Positions 38,439 through 48,792 of a stretch of DNA of 64,000 nt are shown piece after piece; the first letter of the stretch is position 1; each line of letters starts with the position of its first letter. The DNA comes from Candidatus Methanoculleus thermohydrogenotrophicum. GTDB taxonomy: Archaea > Halobacteriota > Methanomicrobia > Methanomicrobiales > Methanoculleaceae. The stretch lies in contig LFRN01000139.1 of assembly GCA_001512375.1 (NCBI GenBank), forward strand, positions 4 to 64,003, given 5' to 3'. The notes below the pieces were generated by a model that was not told the origin of the DNA, ran no database searches, and was given only the letters and a program-made list of their open reading frames with translations. The translations under genes were made by a program, and so were the position numbers.

Positions 38439-39860
38439 TCACCTGCGGCCGTACTTCCTGAACATATACCAGAGCCCCGCCGCGACCCCGGCCATCACCA
38501 GGAGGCCGAGGATCGCGACGTAGGACCGTTCCTTCACCACGACCCTGAACTCGTCTTCTCCCTCGGCCTGGTCGCTCTTCACCAGGGCGACGATCTTGTA
38601 CTCGCCGGCGACGATATCTCCCGGCGGGATGACCGTCACCTGGACCGTCGCCCGCTCGCCTGGCTCGAGGCTCGCAACCGTTGCCGGGTCGACGGTCGCC
38701 CGCCATCCCTGCGGCGCGCTCATGTTGACCCCGATGTTTGTCAGGGCGCCGCCGATCCCGGCGTTGGAGACGGTCAGGTCAAACGCGAGGGTGTCACCGC
38801 GGTTGATCTCGTGGCGGTAACTCTTCGTGTAGGTCCGCATGGTGTATGACCCCCGGAGCCGGAGGGTCAGGTCTTCCTCGTACTGCCGGGCCGCTGAGTC
38901 TATCAGCACCGTGAAGTTGTACTCCCCGACATCGACCGAGTAGGGCGGGATGAAGTCGAGGTAGAGGGTCTTCTCCTCGCCGGCCGGCACGTAGATCTCG
39001 GAGACCTCCTCGGTAGCCTCCCTGCTCTCCCTGAACCGGGCATACCACTGCTCGGGGAGCCCCTCGACCGAGAGGGCGTAGGTATCGTCGTTCCTGCCGG
39101 CGTTCCTCAGGGTCATCTCATACTGCGGGTTTGTGCCGATCGAGGCCACCCGGGAGGGAGACTTGACCCGGATCTCGGCAAAGAAGTTCTCTTTGTCGAG
39201 CGGCACGATCCCGATGTCGGTCGTCCGGCCGATCCTGATCTCGACGTCCTCCTTCTCCCACGGCCGGTAACCGGGTTTGGTGACTTTGACGGTGTAGGTG
39301 CCCATCGGGGCGCCGATGGAGACCTTCCCCTCGGCGGTCGTGAGCATTCCTTCAACCCGTTCGCCGCCGTCGTAGACGCTGACATCAGCCCCTTTCACGA
39401 CGTTTCCTTCTTTATCAACCACCGTGGCCTCGAGGGTTCCTGTCTCCCCGCCGTGGGTCTTGGTAACCCTGACATAGACCCAGATCGTGCCCTCGCCGAT
39501 CCCCACCCTGATCGGGTACTCCCCCACCGCGGCATCACCTGAGGTCTCCACCAGCAGGCGGACAGGTTTCGTCTCGCCGGCCGGGATCAGCATCCGGTAG
39601 ACCTCGCGGTCGTTATTGTCCACGAACCGGATCTTCCAGCCGTCGGTGCCCCGGTAAGACCAGTAGTTGAGATGACAGGTCCCGGTATCCCCCCGGTTCG
39701 TGACCGAGAGGTCAAAGACCGCGGTATCCCCGGCCTCGATCATCTCCCCCGGGAAGTCGCACCGGATCTCGGTCGGGAGCGTCCCGCTCTTCTGGGCCGC
39801 CGCCCCCGTGGCCGTCAGCCCCACGATGAGGAGGATGAGGAGGATTCTTCGGGCGGTCAT
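38439..39860 (-). CDS. Surface protein with NEW3/NPCBM-associated and carboxypeptidase-regulatory-like Ig domains
   Basis: Signal peptide, repeated Ig-like units (GEY motifs, P-GW) and C-terminal TM plus RKYGRR. Confidence 0.85.
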   Translation of the reverse strand: MTARRILLILLIVGLTATGAAAQKSGTLPTEIRCDFPGEMIEAGDTAVFDLSVTNRGDTGTCHLNYWSYRGTDGWKIRFVDNNDREVYRMLIPAGETKPVRLLVETSGDAAVGEYPIRVGIGEGTIWVYVRVTKTHGGETGTLEATVVDKEGNVVKGADVSVYDGGERVEGMLTTAEGKVSIGAPMGTYTVKVTKPGYRPWEKEDVEIRIGRTTDIGIVPLDKENFFAEIRVKSPSRVASIGTNPQYEMTLRNAGRNDDTYALSVEGLPEQWYARFRESREATEEVSEIYVPAGEEKTLYLDFIPPYSVDVGEYNFTVLIDSAARQYEEDLTLRLRGSYTMRTYTKSYRHEINRGDTLAFDLTVSNAGIGGALTNIGVNMSAPQGWRATVDPATVASLEPGERATVQVTVIPPGDIVAGEYKIVALVKSDQAEGEDEFRVVVKERSYVAILGLLVMAGVAAGLWYMFRKYGRR

Positions 39861-40984
39861 CGGATATCCATCCTCATGAACCCGACGTAGGCCGCGGCAA
39901 AGAAGACCGACGGGAAGACGATGAGCGCAGCGATGTTCATCCAGACCTGGCTGAGGGCTTCGGCAAGCCCGGGGGTCTCCTCAGGCGTCGGGCCATAGGG
40001 TGAACTGACCATCGCGGCCATCCTTGGGTTCGTGACCGCCATCGCGGCCTTGTAATAGTTCATCTGCGGCGAGAGGAGGTTTGTGACGTCGTTTATGAGG
40101 AGCCTTTTCTCGATATATGCCTTCATATCCTCTTCGTACTGTTGCCATTCAGGGTCCGGGCCTTCATTCACACGGTGCACCACCGACTGCGAGGAGGTGG
40201 TAGTGAAAGACCCGCCGCTGGCGGTACCGGTGACCGTTCTCCCCATGGGGGTCGGCATAGGGGCCGTCTGCGGCGGTTCAGGCATCTCGCCTGCGAGGGC
40301 CTCGCCGGCCATCGCCCCGAGCACCGGGAGGAGCGTGGAGACGGCAAAGAAGATCACCAGGGTGTAGATGAGCGCGTTCCCGCTCTCGCGGGAGACCGTC
40401 GACATCGTAAGCGCGATGGCGAAGTAGGCGAGCAGGAACCCGAGTGAGATCACCCCGAAGATCAGGATGGCGACAAACTCCTCAAGCGTCGGGACGATCG
40501 AGAAGAGGAGGAGCATCGCAAGCGAGATTGCGAGCGCAAGCGCCATGGCAAACCCGAGCGCGGCGATCCCCCCGAGTGCCTTGCCGTTGATGATCTCGTC
40601 GCGGTAGACCGGGTGGGAGAGGAGCGATTTCAACGATCGTGTCTCCTTCTCCTTTGAGACTAGGTCAAACCCGATGGCGATGGCAAGGACGGCGCCAAGC
40701 GTCGTCATGTAGGCCATCATGGCGTTGAAGATGAGCATGATCGAGGGTTTCTCGGGCATCCAGCCCGCGTAGGGGCCGACGACCTTGATCTGCACATCAC
40801 TCTCCTCCATGTACTGGAGCTGCTGGTTGTAGGACTCGAGCCTGTCGTTGTAACTCCCGATGCCGGTGTGCATGCCGATCGCCGATATCACGAGGAACAG
40901 CGCGAGGATGATGACAAACCGCCTGCTGGTGATATGGTCAGAGAACTCTTTCCTGGCTACGTTGAGCAGTCGATCGAGTGCCAT
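39857..40984 (-). CDS. ABC-2 type transporter permease
   Basis: VARKEFSDH, GFDLVSKEKETRSLKSLLSHPVYRDEIINGK and terminal FMRMDIR. Confidence 0.9.
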   Translation of the reverse strand: MALDRLLNVARKEFSDHITSRRFVIILALFLVISAIGMHTGIGSYNDRLESYNQQLQYMEESDVQIKVVGPYAGWMPEKPSIMLIFNAMMAYMTTLGAVLAIAIGFDLVSKEKETRSLKSLLSHPVYRDEIINGKALGGIAALGFAMALALAISLAMLLLFSIVPTLEEFVAILIFGVISLGFLLAYFAIALTMSTVSRESGNALIYTLVIFFAVSTLLPVLGAMAGEALAGEMPEPPQTAPMPTPMGRTVTGTASGGSFTTTSSQSVVHRVNEGPDPEWQQYEEDMKAYIEKRLLINDVTNLLSPQMNYYKAAMAVTNPRMAAMVSSPYGPTPEETPGLAEALSQVWMNIAALIVFPSVFFAAAYVGFMRMDIR

Positions 40985-40988
40985 CACC

Positions 40989-41894
40989 TCACCTCTGGTA
41001 GACCGCCATGAAGATGTCCTCGATGTCAGGCTCTTCGAGCCGCATCTCTCGGACGTGCAGTCCCTGTTCGAGAAGGGTTGCTGCGAGCCGGTCTCTGATA
41101 TCGGTTGTTGCCCTGATGACCGCTCGGTTCCCGTTCCTCTCGATATCGATGATCTCAGGGTCATCGAGGTCGGGCAGCCGCTCCCGGGTCTCGATGACGA
41201 TCCGGACGGTATCGCCATCCGGGGATGCGAGCGTCCGGGCGACCTCCTCGAGGGTTCCCTGCGCGACAAGTTTTCCTTTCGCAAGCAGCCCGACGGTCCG
41301 GCAGACCGCCCTGACCTCCGAGAGGATGTGGGAGGAGACAAAGATCGTCTTTCCTTCGGCGGCGAGGGCGAGGACGAGGTCCCGGTACTCCCTGACCCCT
41401 TCGGGGTCGAGGTTTGCCGTAGGTTCGTCGAGGAAGAGCACGGCAGGATCGTTGATCAACGCCTGGGCAAGCCCGAGCCGCTGTTTCATCCCGCGGGAGT
41501 ACTCGCCGGCCTTCTGGGTGACCCCGTCGAGGTGGACGAGGTTGAGGAGTTCGGCGATCCGTTCACTCCGCTCTCCTGCGTCCATCCCGTAGAACCGGGC
41601 AAAGTAGTCCAGGTTCTGCTCGGCGGTCAGGTTCCCATAGAACCCGACGTCTTCGGGGAGGTAGCCGATGATCCTCTTCACGGCGAGCGGGTCTTTGGCG
41701 ACCTCGATCCCGTTGACGAGGCAACGGCCGGCGGTGGGCTCGATCATGCCGGTGAGCATCAGGATCGTTGTGCTCTTTCCCGCTCCGTTCGGGCCGAGGA
41801 AGCCGAAGATCTCGCCTTCCCCGACCGTGAGGTTCAGGCCGTCGACGGCTGCCTTCCCGTTATAGATTTTGGTGAGGTTCTCAGTCTGTATCAT
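40989..41894 (-). CDS. ABC transporter ATP-binding protein
   Basis: GPNGAGKST, YSRGMKQR, FLDEPT and SSH. Confidence 0.95.
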   Translation of the reverse strand: MIQTENLTKIYNGKAAVDGLNLTVGEGEIFGFLGPNGAGKSTTILMLTGMIEPTAGRCLVNGIEVAKDPLAVKRIIGYLPEDVGFYGNLTAEQNLDYFARFYGMDAGERSERIAELLNLVHLDGVTQKAGEYSRGMKQRLGLAQALINDPAVLFLDEPTANLDPEGVREYRDLVLALAAEGKTIFVSSHILSEVRAVCRTVGLLAKGKLVAQGTLEEVARTLASPDGDTVRIVIETRERLPDLDDPEIIDIERNGNRAVIRATTDIRDRLAATLLEQGLHVREMRLEEPDIEDIFMAVYQR

Positions 41895-42504
41895 ACCATA
41901 CTCCGCGCGGGCCAGGTTGCTGGTGGCGCTTACTAGAGACTTTGACATCCGCTTATTAACGTTTTCTGTGTCACGCGTCTACACATCTCCGCCGGATCAG
42001 GATTTCATCTGCATGTTCCCCGGGTTTTTCCGGCGAGGTCCTGGTATCTGCCGGGTTTGGAGTGATTTTACCGGGGTACCGGCACCCGCGCGCGGGCGCA
42101 ATCCCGGTGCCATACAGGAGTCGTGACGCCCCCTGCGAGGATACCGGCCCTGCTCGACCCTCTCTTCCGGCGCCACACCCAGTATAGGCGGCTACGAGGG
42201 ATAAACGGATTGTAGACTACGAAAAAAATCAAACCTATGGACATGGCCGGGGTGCCGGTATCCGCACCGGATTCGCGGCTTTGTGCTCTCCGCGTCCGGA
42301 AAACAGCCTCCTTTCGAGGGAGGAGGCAAGCCTGGATATACGTTAACTTCAGGTACGGGTGCTCGCGAGGATAACGCCACGATCGCGGGTACTCCTGGCT
42401 GGTCTTGCGGTATCTGTCGTCGCACGACTGGAGGCGAAATAAGACCTTCAGATGATGTTGATCCCTCTCTGGTTGGGTCGCCGCGCGGTGATATGATGAG
42501 GGGC

Positions 42505-44499
42505 TCACCTCGCCGACCTGCGGCGGAAGAGGGAGGAGACCTCCCCGTTACCCATGCCTGCATCGATGAGGATACAGAGATCTCCAGCCTCGACCACCGT
42601 CCCGCCGTCCGGCGCGGCGAGCGTCTCCGCCCCCCTCCTGATTGCGAGCACCGTCACGTCGTACTTCTTCCGCAGGCCGGTCTCGGCCAGGGTCTTTCCT
42701 GCGATCGGGGCGCCGTCCTCCACCCGGACGATCGCTATCCTGGCGTTTTCCAGGTGCAACTCTACGTCCCGGAGCGAGGGGACCTGTTCCGACGCTTCCC
42801 TGAGCATCGCGTAGCGCTCGGTTCGCATTGTAGCGACGAGCCTGTCAATCTCGGCCTTCGGCACAGGGTACTTGGTCAGGACCCTCGCAAGTACTTCGGC
42901 TGCGGTCTCGAACTCCTCGCAGATCACTTCATCCGCACCAAGCGCGTAGAAGGAGAGGGAGTCTTCCATGTACCTGGTCCGGGTGATGATCGCGCACTCC
43001 GGGTTCATCTTCCTTGCAATCGCCGTCACCTGCCGTGCTGTGGCCGCGTTCGGGATGGTGATGACCACCACGCGTGCACCTTCGACACCGGCGTGGGCAA
43101 GAACTCCTTCATGTATGGCATCGCCGAAGAAGATCGGTTCCCCTTTCTTCCGTTCTTCCCGGACCGTCTTTGGGTTGAGTTCGATCGCCACGTAAGGGAT
43201 TCCCATACTCCTTGCCGCATCGGCGACGTGCCGCCCCATCGGCCCGAATCCAACTATGACGATATGTCCCTTCTCAGGCCCGTTGACAGGCGTTTCCTCC
43301 AGGGACGTGTCCCGCTCCTTGAGCCACTTCGGCAGGGGAAGACGGCGGACGATGGCAGTCACTCCTGGAGCCGACCCGATGACGAACGGGGCGACCGTCA
43401 TCGTCCCGACCGATGCGGCAAGGAAGATCTGCTCAAGGCTCGGACTGAGCAGCCCGTACTCGATCCCGGTCCTCGAGAGGATAAAGGCGAACTCACCCAC
43501 CTGGCCGATGGCAAGTCCGGTGAGGACGATGTTTTGGAGGGAGACTCCTGCGGGGAGGACGGCGACGGCCCCGATGATCGCCTTGATGATGATGACGCCG
43601 AGGATGATCGCGATGATCAGGGGTGCATGGGCCGCAAAGAAACTGATATTGAGGAGCATTCCCATCGAGACGAAGAAGAAACTGGTGAAGATGTCGCGGA
43701 AGGGGATGACGGTGGAGAGGGCTGCGTTGCTGTACTCGGACTCTGAGATGATCAGGCCGGCGAGGAAGGCCCCGAGGGCAAGGGAGAGGCCGGCACGGAA
43801 GGTGAGCCAGGCGGTCCCGAGGCAGAGGGTGATGATAGTGATCATGAAGAGTTCCCGGCTCCGGAGGCTTGCAACCCGGTAGAGGAGGCGGGGGACGATC
43901 CAGAGAGCGCTTGCCGTGACGACTCCGAGGAGAGCAAGACCGATCCCGAAGTTGATGAGCGACGGGACGACCCCGGCTGACCCCATCCCGGCAAGTATGG
44001 GGACGAGGAGGATCATCGGCACTGTGCTTAAGTCCTGGAGGACCGATATCCCGAGTGCGAGCCGCACCGGCGGGGTATCTACCTCTCCCCGGTGCTGAAA
44101 GACGGTCAGCATCACGGTGGTGCTCGTGTGGGCGAGAAGCATCCCGAAGAAGATTGCTTCTGGCGGCGCGAGCCCGAAGGCCGACGCGATGACGGCGACA
44201 ACCCCGATCGTCAGGCCGATCTGGAGCACCCCGCCGATGAGCATCCCCTTCTTCATCTCAAGGAGGCTCTTGAGCGAGAGTTCCATGCCGATGGTGAAGA
44301 GGAGGAATATGATACCGAGTTCTGCGAGGATCTCCACATCTGCTCGATTTGTGATGAGGCCGAGGCCGTGGGGCCCGGCAATGACGCCGGTAAGGAAGAA
44401 CGCCACGATCCCGGGCATCTTCAACCGGTAGCAGAGGGCGAGTGCCCCGATGGAGAGGACGAATATGATCAGGATCTGTTCAAGAAAGGTCGCATCCAT
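42505..44499 (-). CDS. Kef-type (CPA2) cation:proton antiporter with TrkA-N and TrkA-C domains
   Basis: AELGIIFLLFTIGMELS, LQD, GAFLAG, FFVSMGM, GEFAF and GFGPMG. Confidence 0.93.
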   Translation of the reverse strand: MDATFLEQILIIFVLSIGALALCYRLKMPGIVAFFLTGVIAGPHGLGLITNRADVEILAELGIIFLLFTIGMELSLKSLLEMKKGMLIGGVLQIGLTIGVVAVIASAFGLAPPEAIFFGMLLAHTSTTVMLTVFQHRGEVDTPPVRLALGISVLQDLSTVPMILLVPILAGMGSAGVVPSLINFGIGLALLGVVTASALWIVPRLLYRVASLRSRELFMITIITLCLGTAWLTFRAGLSLALGAFLAGLIISESEYSNAALSTVIPFRDIFTSFFFVSMGMLLNISFFAAHAPLIIAIILGVIIIKAIIGAVAVLPAGVSLQNIVLTGLAIGQVGEFAFILSRTGIEYGLLSPSLEQIFLAASVGTMTVAPFVIGSAPGVTAIVRRLPLPKWLKERDTSLEETPVNGPEKGHIVIVGFGPMGRHVADAARSMGIPYVAIELNPKTVREERKKGEPIFFGDAIHEGVLAHAGVEGARVVVITIPNAATARQVTAIARKMNPECAIITRTRYMEDSLSFYALGADEVICEEFETAAEVLARVLTKYPVPKAEIDRLVATMRTERYAMLREASEQVPSLRDVELHLENARIAIVRVEDGAPIAGKTLAETGLRKKYDVTVLAIRRGAETLAAPDGGTVVEAGDLCILIDAGMGNGEVSSLFRRRSAR

Positions 44500-44869
44500 G
44501 GTGGTTTCCTTGCTGTTATGCCTGTGTTGTGGGTGTTTTCGGTTGCCTCTGTTGAGGCGCGGATCCGCGCATTCCAGGTTGGGCTGGACCGGCGTTCTGC
44601 GGAGGGATCCGGTCTCCGATTAACCCGGCCGATAGAATGCAGGAAATTGTTGCTCTTCACGTTAAATAAAAATTCTGTATCTGGCCCTGAATCACCGACC
44701 CCCCGGAGGTCTGGTTATTTGCAGGTGGAAAGCCGGTTCCGGGCCACGTCGCAGATCCTCAACCGAATCTGGCATAAGGACCCCGGGGTCCGGAGTGAGC
44801 TCCTCTGCGAGATGTTGATGAGAGGATGACCCGGCCCGGCAGCGGTGAAAAGGGCCTGCAGGCCATTGA

Positions 44870-45330
44870 ATGATCGTAAGAACGTTCCGTATCCCCGCGG
44901 CGATGGGGAGGGGAGGTCAACCTGGTGACCACCGACTGGCTGGCCGAGACAACCTGATGGCGAATGTGGCCGGATGTGCATGACTGCATCCAGGAGCACA
45001 TCTGTATACATCCTCGATGCGTGGAAGAGCGAGAACCGGGAACTCTTGCGGTTGAATGGTCCATGGTGACTGCGCCATCGGGTATGAGGAGTCTGTGCAG
45101 GTCAGAGAGAACAAAGGTCTCGTTGTGCTTGATGCACGCCTGGCAAAGGTCTATCCCGGGCGCCATGGCATCGACCGGAACCAGACCGTCATCTGCACGT
45201 GTGGGACCGGGCGGGAGGCCACGAATGAGTTTGTCCTCTTGAAGTGGTTCTCCGAGGGATCGTTCACAGAATGGAGCGCGCGTCTGGATAACCCGGTCGT
45301 CAAAGGGCTCCCGGTCGTCAAAGGGCTGGA
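44870..45330 (+). pseudogene. Rhodanese/thiosulfate sulfurtransferase relic
   Basis: Fragments YPRGDG, LVTTDWLA, EHI, LDAR, IPGA, CTCGTGREATNEF and EGSFTEWS across different frames. Confidence 0.7.
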
Positions 45331-45590
45331 GCCTCCCCCGGGGCGGGGCGAGGCGAAACGCTCTTTTGGAATCGGTGTACCGGTGGCATTGAGTTGCCGT
45401 AGTTTGAGGAGTCGATCCGGTTCGCCAGCGCAGGGGCTTGCAGTGAATGGTGGATGGGTATTACGGTTCACTTTGCGGACTTTCCGCGTGTAGAGACGGG
45501 GATATGACCTTTACGCGGAGCGAATTGTTCCACTACCTCAAATGGAAGATATTTCTATCTTCGCACCCTCTCCTTCATGAGACGGATACT

Positions 45591-46883
45591 ATGGCGATTG
45601 ACTGGTACGAAGAATTTGTTGACCTGGACCACACCCCGGGCCCTGACGAACTCGTAGCCCTCTACTACTTCGAGCCGGCACCGGGAATCAGCAGAGAGGA
45701 GGCGGTGGGGAGGATCGCCTCCGAGAGCTCGACCGGGACCTGGACCACACTCTTTACCATGCCTCCCCGGATGCGGGACCTCCAGGCAAAGGCTTTCGAG
45801 ATCGAGGGGAACTACGTAAAGATCGCATACCCCCTCGCCCTCTGGGAGGAGGGGAATGCATCCCAGCTTCTCAGCGGCATCGCCGGGAACGTCTTCGGGA
45901 TGAAGGCGCTCAAGAACCTGCGGCTGATCGACGCCTCGCTCCCGGCCGGATACCTCCGGCACTTTAAGGGGCCGCACTTCGGTATGGAGGGGATCCGCGA
46001 TATGATGAAGGTCAGGGGGAGGCCGCTTACGGGCGCGGTGCCGAAACCGAAGGTAGGGTTCAGCGCAGAGGAGCACGCGGAGGTCGGATACGAGACCTGG
46101 ATGGGCGGGTTTGACTTCGTGAAGGACGATGAGAACCTGACGTCTCTCTCGTTCAACCGGTTCGAGGACCGTGTCCGGGCCATGACAGAGATGCGGGATC
46201 GCGCCGAGCAGGAGACCGGTGACGTGAAGTCTGCGCTCATCAACATCACGGCCGATACGGAGACGATGAAGGAACGGGCGGAGATGCTCGCTGACTACGG
46301 CTGGAACTACGCCATGATCGACGTCGTGGTGGCCGGGACCGCCGCGGTCGCGACCCTCCGGGATCACTGCTCTGATCTCGGGCTTGCTATCCACGCCCAC
46401 CGGGCGATGCACGCGGCCTTCGACCGGAATGAGAAGCACGGGATCACGATGCAGTTCCTGGCGAAGATCATGCGACTCGTCGGTGTCGCGCAGATCCACA
46501 CCGGAACCGCGGTCGGGAAACTGGTCGGGACGCGGGCGGAGGTGACCCTGCTTGCCGATATGCTCCGCAGGAAGCATACCGCCGCGGTGGACCATATGGC
46601 CCTCGACCAGGACTGGGGCGCGATCAAGAGCGTTTTTCCCGTATCGTCGGGCGGACTCCACCCCGGGCTCGTCCCCGACGTGCTTGATATCTATGGTAGC
46701 GACCTCGTCCTCCTGGTGAGCGGCGGTATCCACGGCCACCCGAAGGGCACGCGGGCGGGTGCAGAGGCCACCATGCAGGCGATTGAGGCCTGGAGCGAGG
46801 GCGAGGCCCTCGAGGAGAAGGCGAAGAGGGCTCCCGAACTCAGGGAGGCCCTCGAGAAGTGGGGCTACTATAAACCCAGGTGA
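45591..46883 (+). CDS. rbcL: RuBisCO large subunit, archaeal form III
   Basis: ASESSTGTWT, KPKVG, GGFDFVKDDE (carbamylated Lys motif), HAHRAMH, SGGLHPG and GGIHGHP. Confidence 0.95.
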   Translation: MAIDWYEEFVDLDHTPGPDELVALYYFEPAPGISREEAVGRIASESSTGTWTTLFTMPPRMRDLQAKAFEIEGNYVKIAYPLALWEEGNASQLLSGIAGNVFGMKALKNLRLIDASLPAGYLRHFKGPHFGMEGIRDMMKVRGRPLTGAVPKPKVGFSAEEHAEVGYETWMGGFDFVKDDENLTSLSFNRFEDRVRAMTEMRDRAEQETGDVKSALINITADTETMKERAEMLADYGWNYAMIDVVVAGTAAVATLRDHCSDLGLAIHAHRAMHAAFDRNEKHGITMQFLAKIMRLVGVAQIHTGTAVGKLVGTRAEVTLLADMLRRKHTAAVDHMALDQDWGAIKSVFPVSSGGLHPGLVPDVLDIYGSDLVLLVSGGIHGHPKGTRAGAEATMQAIEAWSEGEALEEKAKRAPELREALEKWGYYKPR

Positions 46884-47153
46884 ACCACCCCCTCACCCTT
46901 CCGGGCGGGGTTTCCTGGATATCATTCCCCTCCCATCGGGAGGAGGTCCACCGGCTCAGGCGGCACTGATCCCGCGCCTGTAAATATTATGTTCAACCTC
47001 CTCTGGCGTTGAGATGAGTCGTGGGGTCATGTGCCAGACCGCAGAAAGGGACGCGCGCTTCACATCCCCGGCTTTGCGCAGGGGACCTTCCTGCTCATGC
47101 CGCCGCCGTGCCCCGAAGGTGATCAGATCTTTGTCGGGGCAAGGGGTCCCCCG

Positions 47154-47846
47154 TTACCGCGGGCCGGTCCCGGTCCGGGTACCGCTCCCTGCAAGCGACC
47201 GCGCCAGCCTCGCGAGCCCCTCCCGGAACTCGTCGATGTATCCCTGCATCGAGAGGCTCCCTTCGGGAAACGGGCAGTCGATATCGTAGAGCCGCTCGAT
47301 CATCGGGTCAGAGGGGAGCAGGTCGACGGCGATCCCGGTCTCCTCCGATGCCTCCACCATCGCCGCGCGGAACGGTCCGATACAGTAGGCAAGTCGCCGC
47401 CGGTAGGTATCCCGCGTCTTCTCGAGGTAGCCCTTCAGCCGGTGGACCTCGATCCGGTGAAAGTCCCGCCGAATCCGGGTATCCGTGGTCTTGCCGAGCA
47501 TGTAGTGGTAGTTTGCATAGGGGTACATGCCCTCAAGCTCCGCAGGGACGGTCCCGCAGGTGCCGAATATGACGATATGGTAATCTCCCGGGTCAAGGAC
47601 GGCGTCGATGATCCGGCGGAAGAGTTTGTGGCTCGGGCTCTGGCTGTAGGGTTTCCGCACGGCACAGGGCAGGAACAGACCGATCTCTCGTGGTGCCACC
47701 GGGTAATCATCGATGATGAACCGGTATGCGTCCTCAAACTCCTTCCGGTAGAAGGGAGGATCGAATATCTCGATCAGGTTCCCGTGCCGGTCCTGCACAA
47801 CCCCGACAACCCGCCCGGGAGCGCCGGTATTTCTGCTCTGCACCAT
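47154..47846 (-). CDS. DUF5591 / archaeosine-synthase-related domain protein
   Basis: LFLPCAVRKPYSQSPSH and VPAELEGMYPYANY. Confidence 0.7.
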   Translation of the reverse strand: MVQSRNTGAPGRVVGVVQDRHGNLIEIFDPPFYRKEFEDAYRFIIDDYPVAPREIGLFLPCAVRKPYSQSPSHKLFRRIIDAVLDPGDYHIVIFGTCGTVPAELEGMYPYANYHYMLGKTTDTRIRRDFHRIEVHRLKGYLEKTRDTYRRRLAYCIGPFRAAMVEASEETGIAVDLLPSDPMIERLYDIDCPFPEGSLSMQGYIDEFREGLARLARSLAGSGTRTGTGPR

Positions 47847-48084
47847 CTGGTTCTTCCATGTACTCTGGCCCGGGAGAGAAGAAAAAGCCTGACTTCGGGG
47901 TGTGTTCATGACCGGTTCCTCCTTCCGGCCCTTCGCCCGGCAGACCGGGGCCTGTGGTGTGGTGCATCAGCTCTCCTGCCGGAGCAAACCAAAAAGCGTA
48001 AATAGTCTCTCTCCAACATTATGTTGTTCGCATACTATCAAACATTCCCGAAGGATCGGGAGAACCAACAAGGAGACCTGAACC

Positions 48085-48540
48085 ATGAAATCCGAAGATC
48101 TTCAGAGGATCATTAGAGACGCAATTGATAACGAAGTGGAAGCCTACACCTTCTATAGATCGGTGGCAGAGAGAGCAAAGGACGAAGACCTGAAGACCAT
48201 CTTCCTCGAACTCGCAGAAGACGAGAAGCAACACCGGGAGTACCTCCAGGACGTGCTACTCGGCAGTATAGAGAAGATGGAGTTTGAGGCACCAGAGGAC
48301 TACAGGGTCACCGACGCCATGGAGGAACCCGAACTCTCGGTCGACATGAAGCCGCTCGAAGGGCTCCTCCTGGCCATCAAGAAAGAACTGCATGCAGCGC
48401 AGATGTACACCCGGCTTGCCGGGGCAAGCACCAGTGTGGAACAGAAGATGGTCTTTGAGCACCTCGCAAACATGGAGAAGGGGCACAAGGCAAGGCTCGA
48501 GGATATCTACACAGACATGGCATACCCCGAGGCGTGGTAA
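48085..48540 (+). CDS. Rubrerythrin/ferritin-like di-iron protein
   Basis: E..A..FY, EDEKQH, KKELHA..MY and MEKGH. Confidence 0.9.
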   Translation: MKSEDLQRIIRDAIDNEVEAYTFYRSVAERAKDEDLKTIFLELAEDEKQHREYLQDVLLGSIEKMEFEAPEDYRVTDAMEEPELSVDMKPLEGLLLAIKKELHAAQMYTRLAGASTSVEQKMVFEHLANMEKGHKARLEDIYTDMAYPEAW

Positions 48541-48792
48541 GCGCTTGACCCCCCTGACCACCGGACGTGATTCCACCCCGTTGGCCTGCCCCCCCTGCAA
48601 ATAGGCAAACACCGAAGCGAGGTCACCCTGGATCTCCGCGCTAACCGTCAGGCGCGTGGCTGCCAACCCCAAAATCCCCTTCTGCGGGGCATGCCCACCC
48701 CCTCCTGCACCGGAAACTATTATAACCGGAAAATCCCTTCTTCTTAAAGAGCCGCCGGATAGCGTCATAAAAACCTCTGAGTAACGGGCTAC